A stretch of 62,686 nt of DNA, counting the filler, from Circinaria calcarea (taxonomy: Eukaryota): NCBI GenBank assembly GCA_051942165.1. It is 26 parts of 26 records of this genome, joined end to end, with 100 filler letters (N's around TTAATTAATTAA, not from the genome) between each part and the next. Parts side by side here need not be neighbours in the genome. Positions count along the whole stretch, not along the records: positions 48,359 to 50,665 come from JAVECS010003669.1; positions 50,766 to 53,071 come from JAVECS010003670.1; positions 53,172 to 55,476 come from JAVECS010003671.1; positions 55,577 to 57,880 come from JAVECS010003672.1; positions 57,981 to 60,283 come from JAVECS010003673.1; positions 60,384 to 62,686 come from JAVECS010003674.1; 20 more parts are not named here. One strand, 5' to 3'. Below, in pieces: positions 49,805 to 60,748 of the stretch. The notes under the pieces were generated by a model. The model was not told the DNA's origin. It worked only from the letters and a program-made list of their open reading frames with translations, and made no database searches. The first letter of the stretch is position 1. Each line of letters begins with the position of its first letter. Both the position numbers and the translations under genes were made by a program.

Positions 49805-52417
49805 CCCCGGGCACGAGAGTTGGACAGCTAAGGGTCAGTTTTTATGGGAAGAGTTGAGGGGTTGATAAACGCCAGAGCATATCCTTCCAAAGGAAAAAAA
49901 CCCCAAACAACCTTTATACCCGTCTTCTATACCCACGGGCGAAACGGCCATGAGTCTTCCCCCTCGCCCAAAGAAAGACTAGTTATTCACCACCTCCCCC
50001 CCCTCCCAAGGAGTCACTTTCCAAAATCCATCTCCAAATTCCAACATCCCAGAAAGACTTTCCCCCAGCACAACACAAAAGTGAAAAAGCGGGCAATTCA
50101 ACTGAGTCACAGGGGGGTTGTTGTATGTGTGAACCCCCAAAAATGTCTCCGCCATATGCTAATGACAGACTGACGAACAATGTATGAACATCATCCTACT
50201 CACTTTCTTACCCATTGTATCCTCCCCCTTTAGAGGAGCGGCTGGTTCCTAAGATATCTTTAAAACCAAAAAAAAACTCCACAAAAGAATCAACAGTTTA
50301 GTTCCCATGTGATCCGTGGATTTCACTTTCAATAACAATGGCCCGCGGGAAGGGGGGGAGGACGTTTTCCCCTCTGCGGGTGTTCCCGTTCCCGGGGTTC
50401 CCGTTCCTCCTGGCAAATCGGCAATCGGGAATCGGCAATCGAATTAGAATTCAGGATAGAAGAAAACAAAACAGAAAAGTCTGAATCTGAATGGGGAAAG
50501 AAAGACTCCCCCCCCCCAAAATCCAAAACACCCCTCCAAAAACCCCCAAAACAAAACAAAATCTTTAAATCCTCCCCATGACCATGACCATGATCTAATC
50601 ACCATCACTATCATTCACTGTCGCTTCATGAATTAAATAAATGGATCTTTCTTACCGGCCTGAATNNNNNNNNNNNNNNNNNNNNNNNNNNNNNNNNNNN
50701 NNNNNNNNNTTAATTAATTAANNNNNNNNNNNNNNNNNNNNNNNNNNNNNNNNNNNNNNNNNNNNTACGTGAAGCACGAGCTTGTAGATATCATTACGCA
50801 ACTTTCGAGGAAGCTTTGCGAAGAGGCCCAACCCATCTTCTGCCATTTTGCAGATAGGCACAGATGATGCGTTTGCCTGGTGCTTCATATGGTTTCTGAC
50901 AAAGCGGTCAAGCTAGATAGCCGATGATAGAACTTATCTTCGTAATACCCTCTTGAGCAGTACCCTAGTGCACTACGTTATGTGACGACTCCAAAAGCGC
51001 AGAGAGTTGAAGTTGTTGATTGGAACTTATAGCTAATGCTCAATATTAGTGTATATTCTCTGCATTCTGGCTGTTCTTCTCGAGAATAACTGTTATCGTC
51101 TTACACTCGAATCTGTTGACTGCCTGAGATAGGAGCAGTTAGCTCCTAGCTACCGTTATGAATGGAGTAAGCCAAACCTCTATCGTGAGAGAGTACGCTT
51201 GCGTGGTGTTCTAATGTGAGCGGCTCAGAAGGTAAAATACCTCTTAGTCTAGGGCAGTTATCAGCTCTCTGAACGGTTCGTGTTTTAAGTGCGTTGTACC
51301 TTAAGACTTAGTCCAATTCAAACCCAGTTCAGGATAGAAGAAGAAATGTCAACAAATGTCTGTTTGTTTAGAAACAAACGCTTGCAGAGCCTTTTCTATT
51401 TGGACAGCACTTCACATCGATGGTGATGCTTGCGAAATCGAGAAGATACCAGGAGCTGATGAAGTGTGCAGCTGTCTGCCACACATGCTGTGTTTGTTTA
51501 TGTTCCACTAGAAGCTCGTTTAATGAAAACATCTGTATCTTGGAGTATGGTAAAGCCGCTCCGTAATGAGTAAAGACAAGACTCGGACAATCCTCGCAGA
51601 TTAAGCTTCTTTCAATCCCGAAGCTTGAAGCTAAGAAGAATGAGATCGTCTTCATACCCCTGATAGACTGAATAAAGTCGTGCAATGATCCCTAGTATTT
51701 GACACTTTTTGACAGAGGGAGAACACGAGAACGAGAACGACTTGGCAGCAGGGACACAAATATCGGGAGTTCAGATGGTAGTTGCATCACCTCATATTTC
51801 TCCACCTTGAAAGCAAGATGCACAACTTGCACCAAGGAACAATTCTCTACCGAAAAGCAGAGTCCTCGGTTTGGTCTCATTTCCGTTACATGACGTGGCA
51901 GACGCGAGACGGATCAACAACGTATGATCTTTTATCATTGATAGTCAGTCGATCTTGCCAGTACCTTTACGTCTTAATAGCAGCTTGAAGCTACCGACTG
52001 GCTAAGAAATCCGTGGTTTGCTCTCTATGAGCTCAACCTCACTCAAAGTAATGGCAACCAGAACTCAGTACAGTCAAACGAGTTCAGAGATCAAGTATGC
52101 TCAGTCGCCCTCAAGCCGTGGTCTTATAAGAAAGCCATGTTAATTTGCACATCAGGAAGAGGGTTCTGGGATATCATAGACCTTATCTCGAAGCCGGACT
52201 GATATGGGACAAAGGTTAATTGGCGCCGCCGTTGCAAGGTATTTCACTATAATAAGCGCCCAAGAGCGCGCTTATTAATGGCCATGGAACTTGGCCGAAG
52301 AGAACATTCCGGCATATTGAGATGCCAGGCGCAAAGATGCTCTAATTACAGGATCTTACGGATTACAATCGCTGATTGCCAGGCCCAAAGCATGATCAGC
52401 ACTGTACATCAGCAGCA

Positions 52418-53071
52418 ATGCCGTCATCCACCAGAAGCTATTCCCCTGCTGGCCAGCCGCAACCATCCGATCCTCCCCAGACCAAAGACCAAACCGCAGC
52501 CACTTACCTTACTTATCCTGTATCTCATGTCGTGTCTGGTCTATATAGGCGCTTGACCGAACCCTCCGCCCCTCCAATGCAGCCATACTCGCAAAATGGC
52601 TCCTCCCAATCATCATTCAAAGACATGAGTGGGGTCTATACCCCTCCCCACCGTACAGCCTCCCCATTCCAACCCCCGCCTCTCACACCGCTGTCTCTCC
52701 GCGGCATCTGCTCAACCACCGCTCCCTCCGCCCAAATCCTCTCTCGCTCTCTTGCGGAGGAAATCCGGCTACTCGTTCCCCCCCGTCTTCAACTCGTCAG
52801 CGATTGGACCCTCGCCTACAGCGTGGAGCAAAACGGTTCCAGTCTGGGAACTCTCTACTCAAAATGTGATGAGTATAGGGGAAAACACAATGGCTTTGTG
52901 TTAGTGATCCGAGATGGTTCCGGCGGAGTAAAGCCCCTTTACTAAATTTCGCCCATCTTCCTCTTAGCTAAATAATCCCCAACCAGATCTTCGGCGCCTT
53001 CTTAACCGACCCACCCCGTCCGTCACCTTCATACTACGGCACAGGCGAATGCTTCCTCTGGCGCGCCACCC
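52418..53071 (+). CDS. OXR1: Oxidation resistance protein 1 (TLDc domain), N-terminal part; intron 52928-52986
   Basis: SGLYRRLTEP, SPFQPPPLTPL.L, LAEEIRLLVPPRLQL...W.LAYS.EQ.G.SL.TLY and IFGAFL...P.PS..YYGTGECFLW. Confidence 0.92.
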
Positions 53072-53171
53072 NNNNNNNNNNNNNNNNNNNNNNNNNNNNN
53101 NNNNNNNNNNNNNNNTTAATTAATTAANNNNNNNNNNNNNNNNNNNNNNNNNNNNNNNNNNNNNNNNNNNN

Positions 53172-53462
53172 AATTGCGGGCAAGTTGGACGAAGTAGATT
53201 CCCTCTCAGTCTTTCCCTTGATAACTAAGGTGTGGGCATCGACAAACTCAATCTGAACATCCTTCTGGTCGATGCCCGGAAGCTCGCCCTCAAGCTTGTA
53301 TACATCCTTTTCCTCGCGGACATCAAAGCGTGGCTGAAAGGCGCGAATGGAAGAGGTTGGGAAGCTACTCTTAGGAGCCGACGAGCGATGGACATCGTAA
53401 TCGTCGAGCAAGCGGAAGAGGGAGGTGAAGTCGGTCCCTGGTAGACGAGCGAAAGAAGACAT
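53172..53462 (-). CDS. hsp30: Small heat-shock protein (Hsp20/Hsp30), N-terminal part
   Basis: FTSLFRLLDDYDVH and FQPRFDVRE....Y.LEGELPGIDQKDV.IEF.D.HTLVIKG. Confidence 0.93.
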
Positions 53463-53621
53463 TGTACGTAGTACACGTGAGACTTGGAAAGGAACAGAAG
53501 GTTTGGTGATTCTGTAAAGTTGAGGTAGTTTGGTGATGATTCTATACGATTGCATGTACTTGGTAGAAGGGTTGAGTTTGTTGTGATGAAGAGAGGATGA
53601 GGAGAGGGTGCTGGGCGACAA

Positions 53622-53790
53622 ATTTATACCCCACACAAAACACTTCTAGAAAGTGCTGGTCGTTACACGAAGGTAGCTTGCGTAGCTATGATGTAAGTTA
53701 TATTTCTGGCAGTCTCGTCATTAGGGCTTTGGGCCCTAGCATATCCCATGCGGTATGGCGGGTTCTACAACCTTCCCCGCGTTTCGAGAA
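53622..53790 (-). promoter_or_regulatory. TATA box and heat-shock-element cores upstream of Hsp20
   Basis: TATAAAT on the minus strand at 53622-53628; TTCTAGAA at 53644-53651; TTCGAGAA at 53783-53790. Confidence 0.6.
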
Positions 53791-54879
53791 TCTCCGATCT
53801 AGTGGACTGGTTGCATCGCCAAAACCTGCCGTAAGATACATGACAACAGCCCAACGCTAGGAACTTCCTTCAGGGATGCATGGACAGTCTACAACGATTA
53901 AATCCCCATCAACGTTGCGGGCCCACCGTAGATACTTAATTTACAGACCAGCCCATTTTTGTAGAGTTTTTACAACAGTAGTTGGATTCTTTGAATCTTT
54001 ATTCCCACCGACATGGTTTCCCCCTTTCTACTTTGTTCTGCATCACACTCACTTCCAATTGCATGTGAAGCGGAGACTACATGTTCCATTCGCCTGGTCG
54101 AATCAAAGTACTATCCCAATTCATGTGCAGTCAGAAAGTGATGATGATGAAATCCCAGAGGCATCCATTTGACCAGTTCATTGGCTCCGGTCGAATCCGC
54201 AGAGCCGGAAAAGGACGATAGCCCCCCCCCAAGTTTGAGGATAGTCTCCTATTCGCCCTTTAGCTACGATGAGCGTGTTCGATCCGATGAAAGGAACCCG
54301 TTTGTGGTCCTTGTCGAGTCCACCCTTTCGCTGTCCAAACTATATACATACCCCCATAAACCAAACGGGCATCAAAGGCTTTATGGCGAAAATATCACCC
54401 CTTTCTGCAGCTCTGTAAAAGAGAATAAAAAGGAAACAGGAGGCGTGAAAGGCCCACTCCCACATGTGCGTGTGAAAAGTCGTTAGATACCGAATGAAAA
54501 GACCAAATCTGTGTATGAGGAATGGGGAGGGTGGCTCCGTTCCCTACTATCTACCTTATTGAAAACAAGGACTTTGTATTGAATTCCAATTTTTAACGTT
54601 ATTTTACAAGCTATCATTCCTGTGTAGGGGAAGCTTTCAGTACCGTCCTGGAGTTTTTCGGGCAACGACTTCTACTCACCCCAGCTCGATTGGTTAGCTT
54701 CAGATGGTAGATGGCATGGTTCCATGTTGGCGAGAGGGTGAAAATTGTATGACCTGAGGGTGGCCCACATTTAGGATACATGGGCCTTACGCACATGATG
54801 GAATGGTTAGATCCGCATGTCGGTTGATCAACTACCCCAGGATCTTAGGACTGGAGAGCTACAAACTGAGTATACTTTA

Positions 54880-55476
54880 TTACATCGAGACCCCCAACAC
54901 TAGCCCCCCGAAGAGAAGACGATCCTGCCAGATTCCATCAATCTCCCGCTTGGCCTCCTCGTTTAACAGCCAACTGGCCAGATCTCGAGCCGCCATCACA
55001 ATCCGGAATACGCCCTCCTGCGTTCCACAAGCCATCTCCCCTCGAGCCGCCATCGCGATCCTCTCTCCCCACGCATACAGATTGCCCATCCGGTGCACCG
55101 CTTCCAGTTCCGCTGCGTGATCACCAGAAGCTAGAGCCCGCTCCCAGAGCTTCTGCGCAATGCGTACCAGGCAATCCGCAAGGCTCAGCTGTTGCTCGGG
55201 ACGGAAACGATCAGTAGGGTATGGTTGGAAGTGGTGTCTTCGGCGATGGCGAGGAGAACGGATCACCGACTTGTTCAGGGCAGAGTCGCATTGGCTACGA
55301 CAGTAAGCACGGGCGGCGCTGGTACATGCCTGTTCAAGACCCTCAAAAAGCTCTTGTTGACGGTTTAATACATCCCTGGCATTAGGGGTATACTGGCGAT
55401 TCAAGCTAGGCCCGAAGGGTGCGAACTCGCCGGGCATGTTAGCTTGATTGTTCTGCTGTGAAGCTGTTGGGCGTGG
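54880..55476 (-). CDS. Hypothetical fungal protein, C-terminal part
   Basis: About 195-codon frame open from the contig edge; helical C-terminus (AELEAVHRMGNLYAWGERI). Confidence 0.55.
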   Translation of the reverse strand, partial: PRPTASQQNNQANMPGEFAPFGPSLNRQYTPNARDVLNRQQELFEGLEQACTSAARAYCRSQCDSALNKSVIRSPRHRRRHHFQPYPTDRFRPEQQLSLADCLVRIAQKLWERALASGDHAAELEAVHRMGNLYAWGERIAMAARGEMACGTQEGVFRIVMAARDLASWLLNEEAKREIDGIWQDRLLFGGLVLGVSM

Positions 55477-55576
55477 NNNNNNNNNNNNNNNNNNNNNNNN
55501 NNNNNNNNNNNNNNNNNNNNTTAATTAATTAANNNNNNNNNNNNNNNNNNNNNNNNNNNNNNNNNNNNNNNNNNNN

Positions 55577-56890
55577 AACCAACTTGAGACAATTTCTAGA
55601 GCGAGGTCTACGTCCCAGCTCAGAATAACTTGCAGATGGAAGCCTTCGTCCCATAGGAAGCCTCGAGGGAAAAATGGCCTGGAGGGTATTGCGCTAAAGA
55701 GTTGGAAAGGGCCTTGGTCTTGAGCAACAGCACGGGATCGAGCCGAAGCGGCTTCTTCCCAGAAGTTTTGGTCAGTTTCGGCATATTCTGGCGCAAAAGA
55801 GACGTCGACTTTGCTTGTTCCGTAAAAGTATCCAATCCCTCCCATGAGGTTAGAAAGAAGGGATTGTGAGAATTTGATATGCTGCTCGTCCTGGAATGGC
55901 GCTTGGGGCGAGTAAACTGACTGGAAACGCTTACTAAACGTGGACAACGTATCTTGGATACCGTCCGTCAGAGAACTGGGTGTCATCGCTTCAGAGGTTG
56001 AGTCTGAAGAGAAGAGCACGTCGAATTCAAAACCTCCCTCGAAGCTTTTTTGCACAAAATGAAGGTTTCCTTTTGCAGGGTTATCTGCAACCATTCCTTC
56101 GTGAGAGTCACCGCGCTTGAGTTGTTCGATGAATATCGATTTTGCCTGCCAGATAGTGTCTGCGGGAACTGTCAAACTCTTGACAGACGTCCTTTGCAAA
56201 GAGTCGCTGTCAGCTGGATAGTCTGGCATCTGTAACTTGAAATTGTGCAAGCCGACCATCATACCATCGCAGACTACATCACTATTGGATGGGTTGATTT
56301 TGTTCCCTCTTGTGCATTTTATTTTTGAATCTAATTCCTCGCTTCCAATATAGAATATCAAAGTGGTCTTCTGACGGTCACGTGCATTCGCCCTTGGGAT
56401 ACCTTTGACTCTCAGGCCCCAGTTCCCACTACGTTTATCATCGGAGACCTTGGAAAACTGGGTAATCAAGTCCAGTTTGTTTCCGGTATCATTGACAAAT
56501 TGCATGCCTCCTTTCCGGACGTCGTAGGCTGTCCAACCGTAGCCTGCCATGCCCTCATCTTGCTCGCATGTATGTCGTAGATCTTGAGGTTGGGCCAAAA
56601 TCAGTAGATATGACAGTGCAATTAAAATCTTGTTGATACATACATTTCGAGATATCTGAAGGATTATCGGCATTGGACCACATCAAGCCCATGAGCAACG
56701 AATTTGGTATTCGCGGCCGTATGCCAAGGTAGAGGTTGGGCCGATATGGGCCCCATAGTAATGATGCGTTGCTTGGAATCGATGGTCCTTGCGACGTTGT
56801 TTGGAATGCTTCGATCAAGACACAGGACATAAGTAGGATGAGAGGTAACATTGCGAGATACCGCCAGCCTTGCGTTTTCAAGTCAAGCAT
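55577..56890 (-). CDS. CWH41: Mannosyl-oligosaccharide glucosidase I (GH63), 3' truncated; intron 56583-56643
   Basis: SNASLLWGPYRPNLY.GIRPR, LRHTCEQDEGM.GYGW..YD.R.GG, LSNL.GGIGYFYG and PSRPFFPRGFLWDEGFH. Confidence 0.95.
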
Positions 56891-57980
56891 TGCCGGAGCC
56901 GCCTGAGACAGCAACTAGCTTCACCTCGTTTTCGTATTGCCCAGTGCATCGTGACTGACATGTAATATGTTGGACTGACCACCTACTGGGTAAGCCCCGG
57001 CGCTTCTGAGTGCACAGATCAGGTGACGTTTGAGCTGCCGCCTTGATGCACAGTACATCCTTGACCAACATCCATCCCTTTCGCTGTTCCGGACCGCAGC
57101 TCTCTAATTTTGAGCACATGGAATTGCTCAACAGGATTTTTGGATCATACCTCCGAGATCGAGCCTCTTCAAAAGGCGAACACGACCTATCTCTCTCTGG
57201 CAGCTATGAGCGATAGAGCGACAGGGGACGGGAACGTGTATGTTATGTTTGACTCCGGAAACGGCCCGCGGGTCGAGGAGTGGACGGTGCCTAAACGTGC
57301 AGGTTTCCCATGGGTGACGAGCAGGGACGTATCAGTAGACTTTGAATTGTGAATTTTTAGCATAAAGTGGCAAAGTCGTTCCACGAGGGCGGAATAAGTC
57401 ATGGCACCTCCGAAGTTCTGCCGACCTAAAATCAAAACGAGTACTTTTAAAAGAATGGGACCGGATCACTGGTGGAAGAAATACGTGCACGTATAATTGA
57501 GATGCCTTCTACATGTAAACAACTAGTTGCTATAAGTGGTAAAGGTATGAAATCATCATTATGGCGATTAATTCATGTATATAATTCACGTTTTATGTTG
57601 GTCGGCAGAACCTCGGAGGTGCCACGACTTATGCCGCCCCCGTGTTCCGGGACTCTGTTTTCCCAAAGAGTCAACTTTCCAAAAGCCTACGATATCGAAT
57701 CCGCCTTTGAAATGTTTTGTTCTGTTCAAATTAGTATAGACCGGTATGGTAGGAGCGGGGGTGTATGTTACGGTGTGCACGGCATTAATTCCCTGTACCT
57801 TGTTTTATCCGCATAAAACACGCATCCTACCACCCCCCCTTTTTCCTTCCCCCCTCTGCTGGCATCCCCATAAATACACCNNNNNNNNNNNNNNNNNNNN
57901 NNNNNNNNNNNNNNNNNNNNNNNNTTAATTAATTAANNNNNNNNNNNNNNNNNNNNNNNNNNNNNNNNNNNNNNNNNNNN

Positions 57981-58050
57981 CCCTAACCCTAACCCTAACC
58001 CTAACCCTAACCCTAACCCTAACCCTAACCCTAACCCTAACCCTAACCCT
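57981..58050 (+). repeat. Telomeric repeat (CCCTAA)11 + CCCT, chromosome end
   Basis: Perfect array at the very start of a contig, in the orientation expected for a left chromosome end. Confidence 0.95.
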
Positions 58051-58195
58051 CCCAGTACCTACACCCTCCCAGTAGCATCTTTCAAGTGCCTATACCTTTC
58101 AAGTGCCTGCAACCTTCCAAGTGCCTACACCTCCCAAGCCTTCCAGTGCCTACATCTCCCAAGTGTGCAACTCCCAAGTGCCTATACTCTAAGTG
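58051..58195 (+). repeat. Subtelomeric minisatellite, ~15-17 bp unit
   Basis: About 8-9 degenerate copies of CCAAGTGCCTACACCT directly abutting the telomere. Confidence 0.8.
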
Positions 58196-58362
58196 TAGGC
58201 CCATTCCCAATATGCCAATACCTCACGATTGCCTACTCTCGAGTGGCCTCTCCATGCCCTCCTAAGCGCTTCACAGTGCAGTGAATATAGGAATAACTTT
58301 GTATAGTCTCGAAGCTTTCTCATATGTTTCTTTGCTTCCATAATCACGATCACTAATTTAAT

Positions 58363-59128
58363 TATGGCGGCAACTCCAGATAACTCTACTGCTATCGCAA
58401 CAATCCGGGCCTCGCCCCTTTCGACCACAGTATCTGTCGATATAGCAGACTTAAATTCCCGTATCAAAGACTTGCACACTGTGCCCAAATTGGTAACAAA
58501 GAATCCGATGAAGCCCGTCGATTGAATCTTGGCTGAATGCCACTAGGCAGAACTTTAACGATGGGGTGGCGGATAAAGATCTAAAGGAGGAGTTATCCTA
58601 CTATTCAACCGTCACCGAGGCTGTCTTCTCCTATCGTGCTTCAGCCTACAACCTTTACCTTCTGGCAACCATGCCATCGAAAGTCTGGGAGAATTCCTAT
58701 AGCTATCGCTACAAAGATAAACGAACAGCCGAAGATAAAAAAGCACATTACGCACGGCAGGAATCATGGCATGAATTCGCCGTTATGATTTGAGATCGTA
58801 AAGTAGGCGTCTATAATTCTTGCTTTATTACATACTTAATGAGTTATTAGATGTATATTTACGATCCCTCTTACGACCCTCCGACAGCTCCCGGATCTAG
58901 TAAACGCCGGCTAAAGGATTTATCCTGGATGGGACGGGCTTGGGGGGGCTTAGTGGAAGCCCTAAGGTCCAAGGCTAGGAGGCCAAAAGAATTATGGATA
59001 GGGGGGGAGGCAACGATGAAGGGGTATGTCGAGTTATATCGTTGGAATGGATACAGGACTGGGTGCTCTGGCATTTAAATGGGGGGGCACAGCCAGATAT
59101 TTCTGAGTTTGAGGAGTTACGATTCTAG
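58363..59128 (+). pseudogene. Degraded subtelomeric ORF with His-Asp-Cys order suggestive of a CE-clan cysteine protease
   Basis: Pieces SWHEFAVMI, probable intron (~58803-58850), MYIYDPSY, then WIGG(G)GNDEGVCRVISLEWI after a G-run frameshift; several TAA/TAG/TGA stops upstream. Confidence 0.4.
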
Positions 59129-60000
59129 ACGAAGAAAAAGCTAGCTGAAAATCACACCGGTTTCGCCCTTTTTCCCCTTTACCAGATAGACCATTCGTCG
59201 TGCATTGTGTAATATCTGTCTAGCTTTTGGTGTCACTTCCCAGAAGGTCAGAAGTGACGAGTTAGACCAGAAGGTGACGAGTAGATTGGTTGGGTTAGCT
59301 GGTATGTTTCCCTTAACTTAATACTCTCTCAACTGCATATCCTTCTCCAGAAGCTGCTTTATCGGAAAGCCTATAGTTGATTACTTGGTCAGTAGCTGGG
59401 TCTTTAGATAACCTCGTCATCGAGCTCAGTCAGGAGTTCTTCCAATCAATGCTAGAGTCCACCCGATTTGTCAAGGTATTGTATATCCGATCATCGTGGT
59501 ATTTTACGATCGTGAGTGATATTATGTGCCGCAAGTGCACTGCCCTCCACGTTTCAGCCCGGTGAAAACCGGCTTTGCCGAATTGGTTAAAATGGACCTA
59601 GTATTGTGATTGGACCACGTAGAGAAGGAGGAGGGGAAATTACGCTAATTAGACCCTCTTTTCACTCCATATCTCAGCGATCCCCCAAGTATTCTTCCAG
59701 ACACACTTCATAGAACCTACACACATATAATTGAAGGCATTGACCACATATTCCACACAGTATCTCATAGCATTTATTATACATACTTTCCGGCGCAGCC
59801 GTGCATTCCAATTGAAGACGTAGTGCCCTCCCTGTAGTGCTCATCCTTTCTCCCGGGTGACATCCTTAGGCTTTAAAGGAAGTGGCTGAGTTTAGGCAGC
59901 AGTTGTTAGCTGACGTCTTTAAGTGGCCACTGGGTAACTACAACCGAGCTGAGGAGCCGTAACAGGCTGCCCCCCTTGTTAAGCCGTATTCAGCTGCTTT

Positions 60001-60091
60001 TACTCCCTGTGCTCCCCCGTGCTCCCTCCCTGCTCCCTCGTGCTCCCCCGCTGCTCTCTCGCTGCTCCCTCTTAAAGCGGCTTTGCTCCCT
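60001..60091 (+). repeat. Tandem (TGCTCCC)-core microrepeat
   Basis: About eight copies of a GCTCCC-type core at ~10-11 bp spacing. Confidence 0.7.
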
Positions 60092-60748
60092 TTCCACACA
60101 GAAAACGGATCAGGCTCACCCCCATCTCGGGGCATATATAATATATATGGAATGGTTCTATGCAAACGGAGCGGCACACTCACCCCCCGCTTCGCCAAAG
60201 CGGGGTAAGAAGATTGAATAGCAGACGGAGGCCCTCAATTCTTTCTGCTTTCTGCATTGCTATTATTCTTCGCATATGCTCGCNNNNNNNNNNNNNNNNN
60301 NNNNNNNNNNNNNNNNNNNNNNNNNNNTTAATTAATTAANNNNNNNNNNNNNNNNNNNNNNNNNNNNNNNNNNNNNNNNNNNNTCTGTGTTTGGGGGTGG
60401 AAAGGAGAGCTGGTAGGTGAGAGGATGGGAGACGAGCGGAAGGAAGAATTAGTAGGAATAATATGTCGTTTATGTATCGTTTCTCAATTGAGAAGAATGG
60501 GAAATCCAAGGGGTCACGGCAGGGTCACTAGTAGTCCAGACTGTCAAAGAGACATTCTAGGTTCTACATATTATTCTACCTAGTAGATAGGTAAATAATT
60601 AAAGTTCTGCGTACATGTAGCCGATATTAGCACGTCCGTATATGTTCCCGTCAACGCCTCACCTGCCTGCAATTCCCACACATGTTTTGGACTGTTAATG
60701 TGGACTGTCAGTTCGCAGTCAAGATTACTGGCGGCCCTGATTGCAGCC

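Noticed and set aside
52250..52277. 10-bp inverted repeat TAATAAGCGC/GCGCTTATTA upstream of OXR1
   Set aside because: Too short to call an element; no Helitron CTRR end or other support.
57110..57352. ORF with beta-propeller/lectin-like C-terminal character (VYVMFDSGNGPRVEEWTVP)
   Set aside because: No start or upstream exons; resemblance too weak to name.
2328..60383. Regularly spaced TTAATTAATTAA as a CRISPR-like or biological repeat
   Set aside because: Always embedded in N runs of fixed length; an artificial six-frame stop linker.
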